This document shows, in pieces, positions 61,901 through 64,000 of a stretch of 64,000 nucleotides of DNA; the stretch's first letter is position 1, and every line of letters begins with the position of its first letter. Below the pieces are notes generated by a model. The model had not been told where the DNA came from. It saw only the letters and a list, made by a program, of their open reading frames with translations, and did not search any database. This DNA is from Eledone cirrhosa (taxonomy: Eukaryota): assembly GCA_964016885.1 (NCBI GenBank), contig OZ024742.1:289354001-289418000 (forward strand), written 5' to 3'. A program made the translations under genes and the position numbers.

Positions 61901-64000
61901 ACCACTCAATATCTTTCACCAAACACCAACTACTCTATATCCTTCACCAAAGACCAACCACTTAATATCCTTCACCAAACACTCTATATGCCTCACCAAA
62001 CACCAACCACTCTATATCCTTCACCAAACACCAACCACCAACCTCTCTATATCCTTCACCAAACACCAACCATTAAATATCCTTCACCAAATACCAACCA
62101 CTCAATATCATGAACCAAACACCAACCACTCTATATCCTTCACCAAACACCAACCACTCTATATCCTTCACGAAACACCAACCACTCAATATCCTATATC
62201 AAATACCAACCACTCAATATCTTTCACGAAACACCAAGCACTCAATATCCTTCACCAAACACTCTATATGCTTCACCAAACACCAACCACTCTATATCCT
62301 TCACCAAACACCAACCTCTCTATATCCTTCACCAAACACCAACCATTCAATATCGTTCACCAAATACCAACCACTCAATATCATTAACCAAACACCAACC
62401 ACACTATATCCTTCACCAAACACCAATCACTCTATATCCTTCACCAATCACCAACCACTCAATATCCTTCACCAAACAACAACCACTCTATATCCTTCAC
62501 CAAACACCAACAACTCTATATCCTTCACCAAACACCAACCACTCAATATCCTACACCAAATACCAACCACTCAATATCCTACACCAAATACCAACCACTC
62601 AATATCTTTCACCAAACCCCAACCACTCAATATCCTTCACCAAACACCAACCACTCAATATCCTTCACCAAACACCAACCACTCTATATCCTTCACTAAA
62701 CACCAACCACTCTATATCTTTCGCAAAACACCAACCACTCTATATCCTTCACCAAACACCAACCACCAACCATTCTATATCCTTCAACAAACACCAACCA
62801 CTCAATATCCTTCACCAAACACCAACCACTCAATATCCTTCACCAAACACCAACCACTCAATATCCTTCACCAAACACCAACCACTCTATATTCTTCACC
62901 AAACACCAACCAATCTATATCTTTCACGAAAATCCAACCACTCTATATACTTCACCAAACACCAACTACTCAATATCCTTCACCAAACACCAGCCACTCT
63001 ATATACTTCACCAAACACCAGCCACTCTATATCCTTCACCAAACATCAACCACTCAATATCCTTCACCAAACACCAGCCACTCAATATCCTTCACCAAAC
63101 ATCAACCACTCTATACCCTTCACCAAACACCAACCAATCTATCTTCTTCACCAAACACCAACCACTCAATATCTTTCACGAAACACCAACCACTCAATAT
63201 CCTTCTCCAAACACAAACCACTCAATATTCTTTACCAAATAAGAACCACTCTATATCCTTCACCAAACACCAACCACTCTATATACTTCACCAAACACCA
63301 ACCACTCTATATCCTTCACCAAACACCAACCTCTCAATATCCTTCACCAAACACCAACCACTCAATATCCTTCACCAAACACTAACCACTCTATGTCCTT
63401 CACCGAACACCAACCACTTAATATCCTTCACCAACCACTCAATATCCTTCACCAAACACCAACCACTCAATAACCTTCACCAAACACGAACCATTCAATA
63501 TCCTTCACCAAACACTCTATATGCTTCACCAAACACCAACCACTCTATATCCTTCACCAAACACCAACCACCAACCTCTCTCTATCCTTCACCAAACACC
63601 AACCACTAAATATCCTACACCAAATACCAACCACTCTCTATCCTTCACCAAACACCAACCACTAAATATCCTACACCAAATACCAACCACTCTCTATCCT
63701 TCACCAAACACCAACCACTAAATATCCTACACCAAATACCAACCACTCAATATCTTTCACCAATCACCAACCTCTCCATATCCTTCACCAAACACTCTAT
63801 ATGCTTCAACAAACACCAACCATTCAATATCCTTCACCAAATACCAACCACTCAATATCATTAACCAAACACCAACCACTCTATATCCTTCACCAAACAC
63901 CAACCACTCAATATCCTACACCAAATACCAACCACTCAATATCCTACACCAAATACCAACCACTCAATATCTTTCACCAAACACCAACCACACAATATCC
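52961..64000. repeat. >11-kb 28-bp satellite (ACCAACCACTCAATATCCTTCACCAAAC), running off the window end
   Basis: Roughly 390 tandem units with CAA/CTA and other variants. Three units give the 28-aa repeat seen in the ORF track. Confidence 0.98.

Noticed and set aside
52907-63721. Long + strand ORFs (up to 499 aa) with TKHQPLNILHQTPTTQYPSPNTNHSISF repeats
   Set aside because: The 28-bp unit has no stop in any + frame, so ORFs arise automatically. Indels shift frames freely and there is no codon-level constraint.
52961-64000. CRISPR-like array (28-bp repeat)
   Set aside because: Units are head-to-tail with no unique spacers, there are no cas genes, and the context is eukaryotic.

Overview
Eukaryotic, AT-rich, microsatellite- and retroposon-dense animal DNA. 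The repeat families and composition suggest a cephalopod (Octopus-like) genome; this is an inference. Two convergent intron-rich host genes can be assembled by hand from phase-compatible GT-AG exons. On + are the last two visible exons (102-199, 12891-13016) of a PX-domain protein of the p47phox/Tks (SH3PXD2)/PXDC1 type that appears to stop just after the PX domain. On - are seven 3' exons (52935 to 34063) of an ANKRD26-like coiled-coil protein. The rest is transposons and repeats. These include one apparently intact RTE LINE whose RT carries an inserted C4HC3 PHD finger, plus several decayed copies; two CR1-type LINEs; a 4.1-kb decayed Gypsy element with both LTRs and a 5-bp TSD; a GC-rich CRE-clade RLE retrotransposon fragment; and a Penelope GIY-YIG fragment. 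There are also several hammerhead-bearing Penelope-type inverted repeats, mariner/piggyBac MITEs, tRNA-derived SINEs, intronic minisatellites and a >11-kb intronic 28-bp satellite. The most striking observation is that the Gypsy primer-binding site lacks the canonical TGG. It is instead a 12/12 complement of the 5' end (nt 1-12) of metazoan tRNA-Phe, pointing to priming by a short 5' tRNA fragment.
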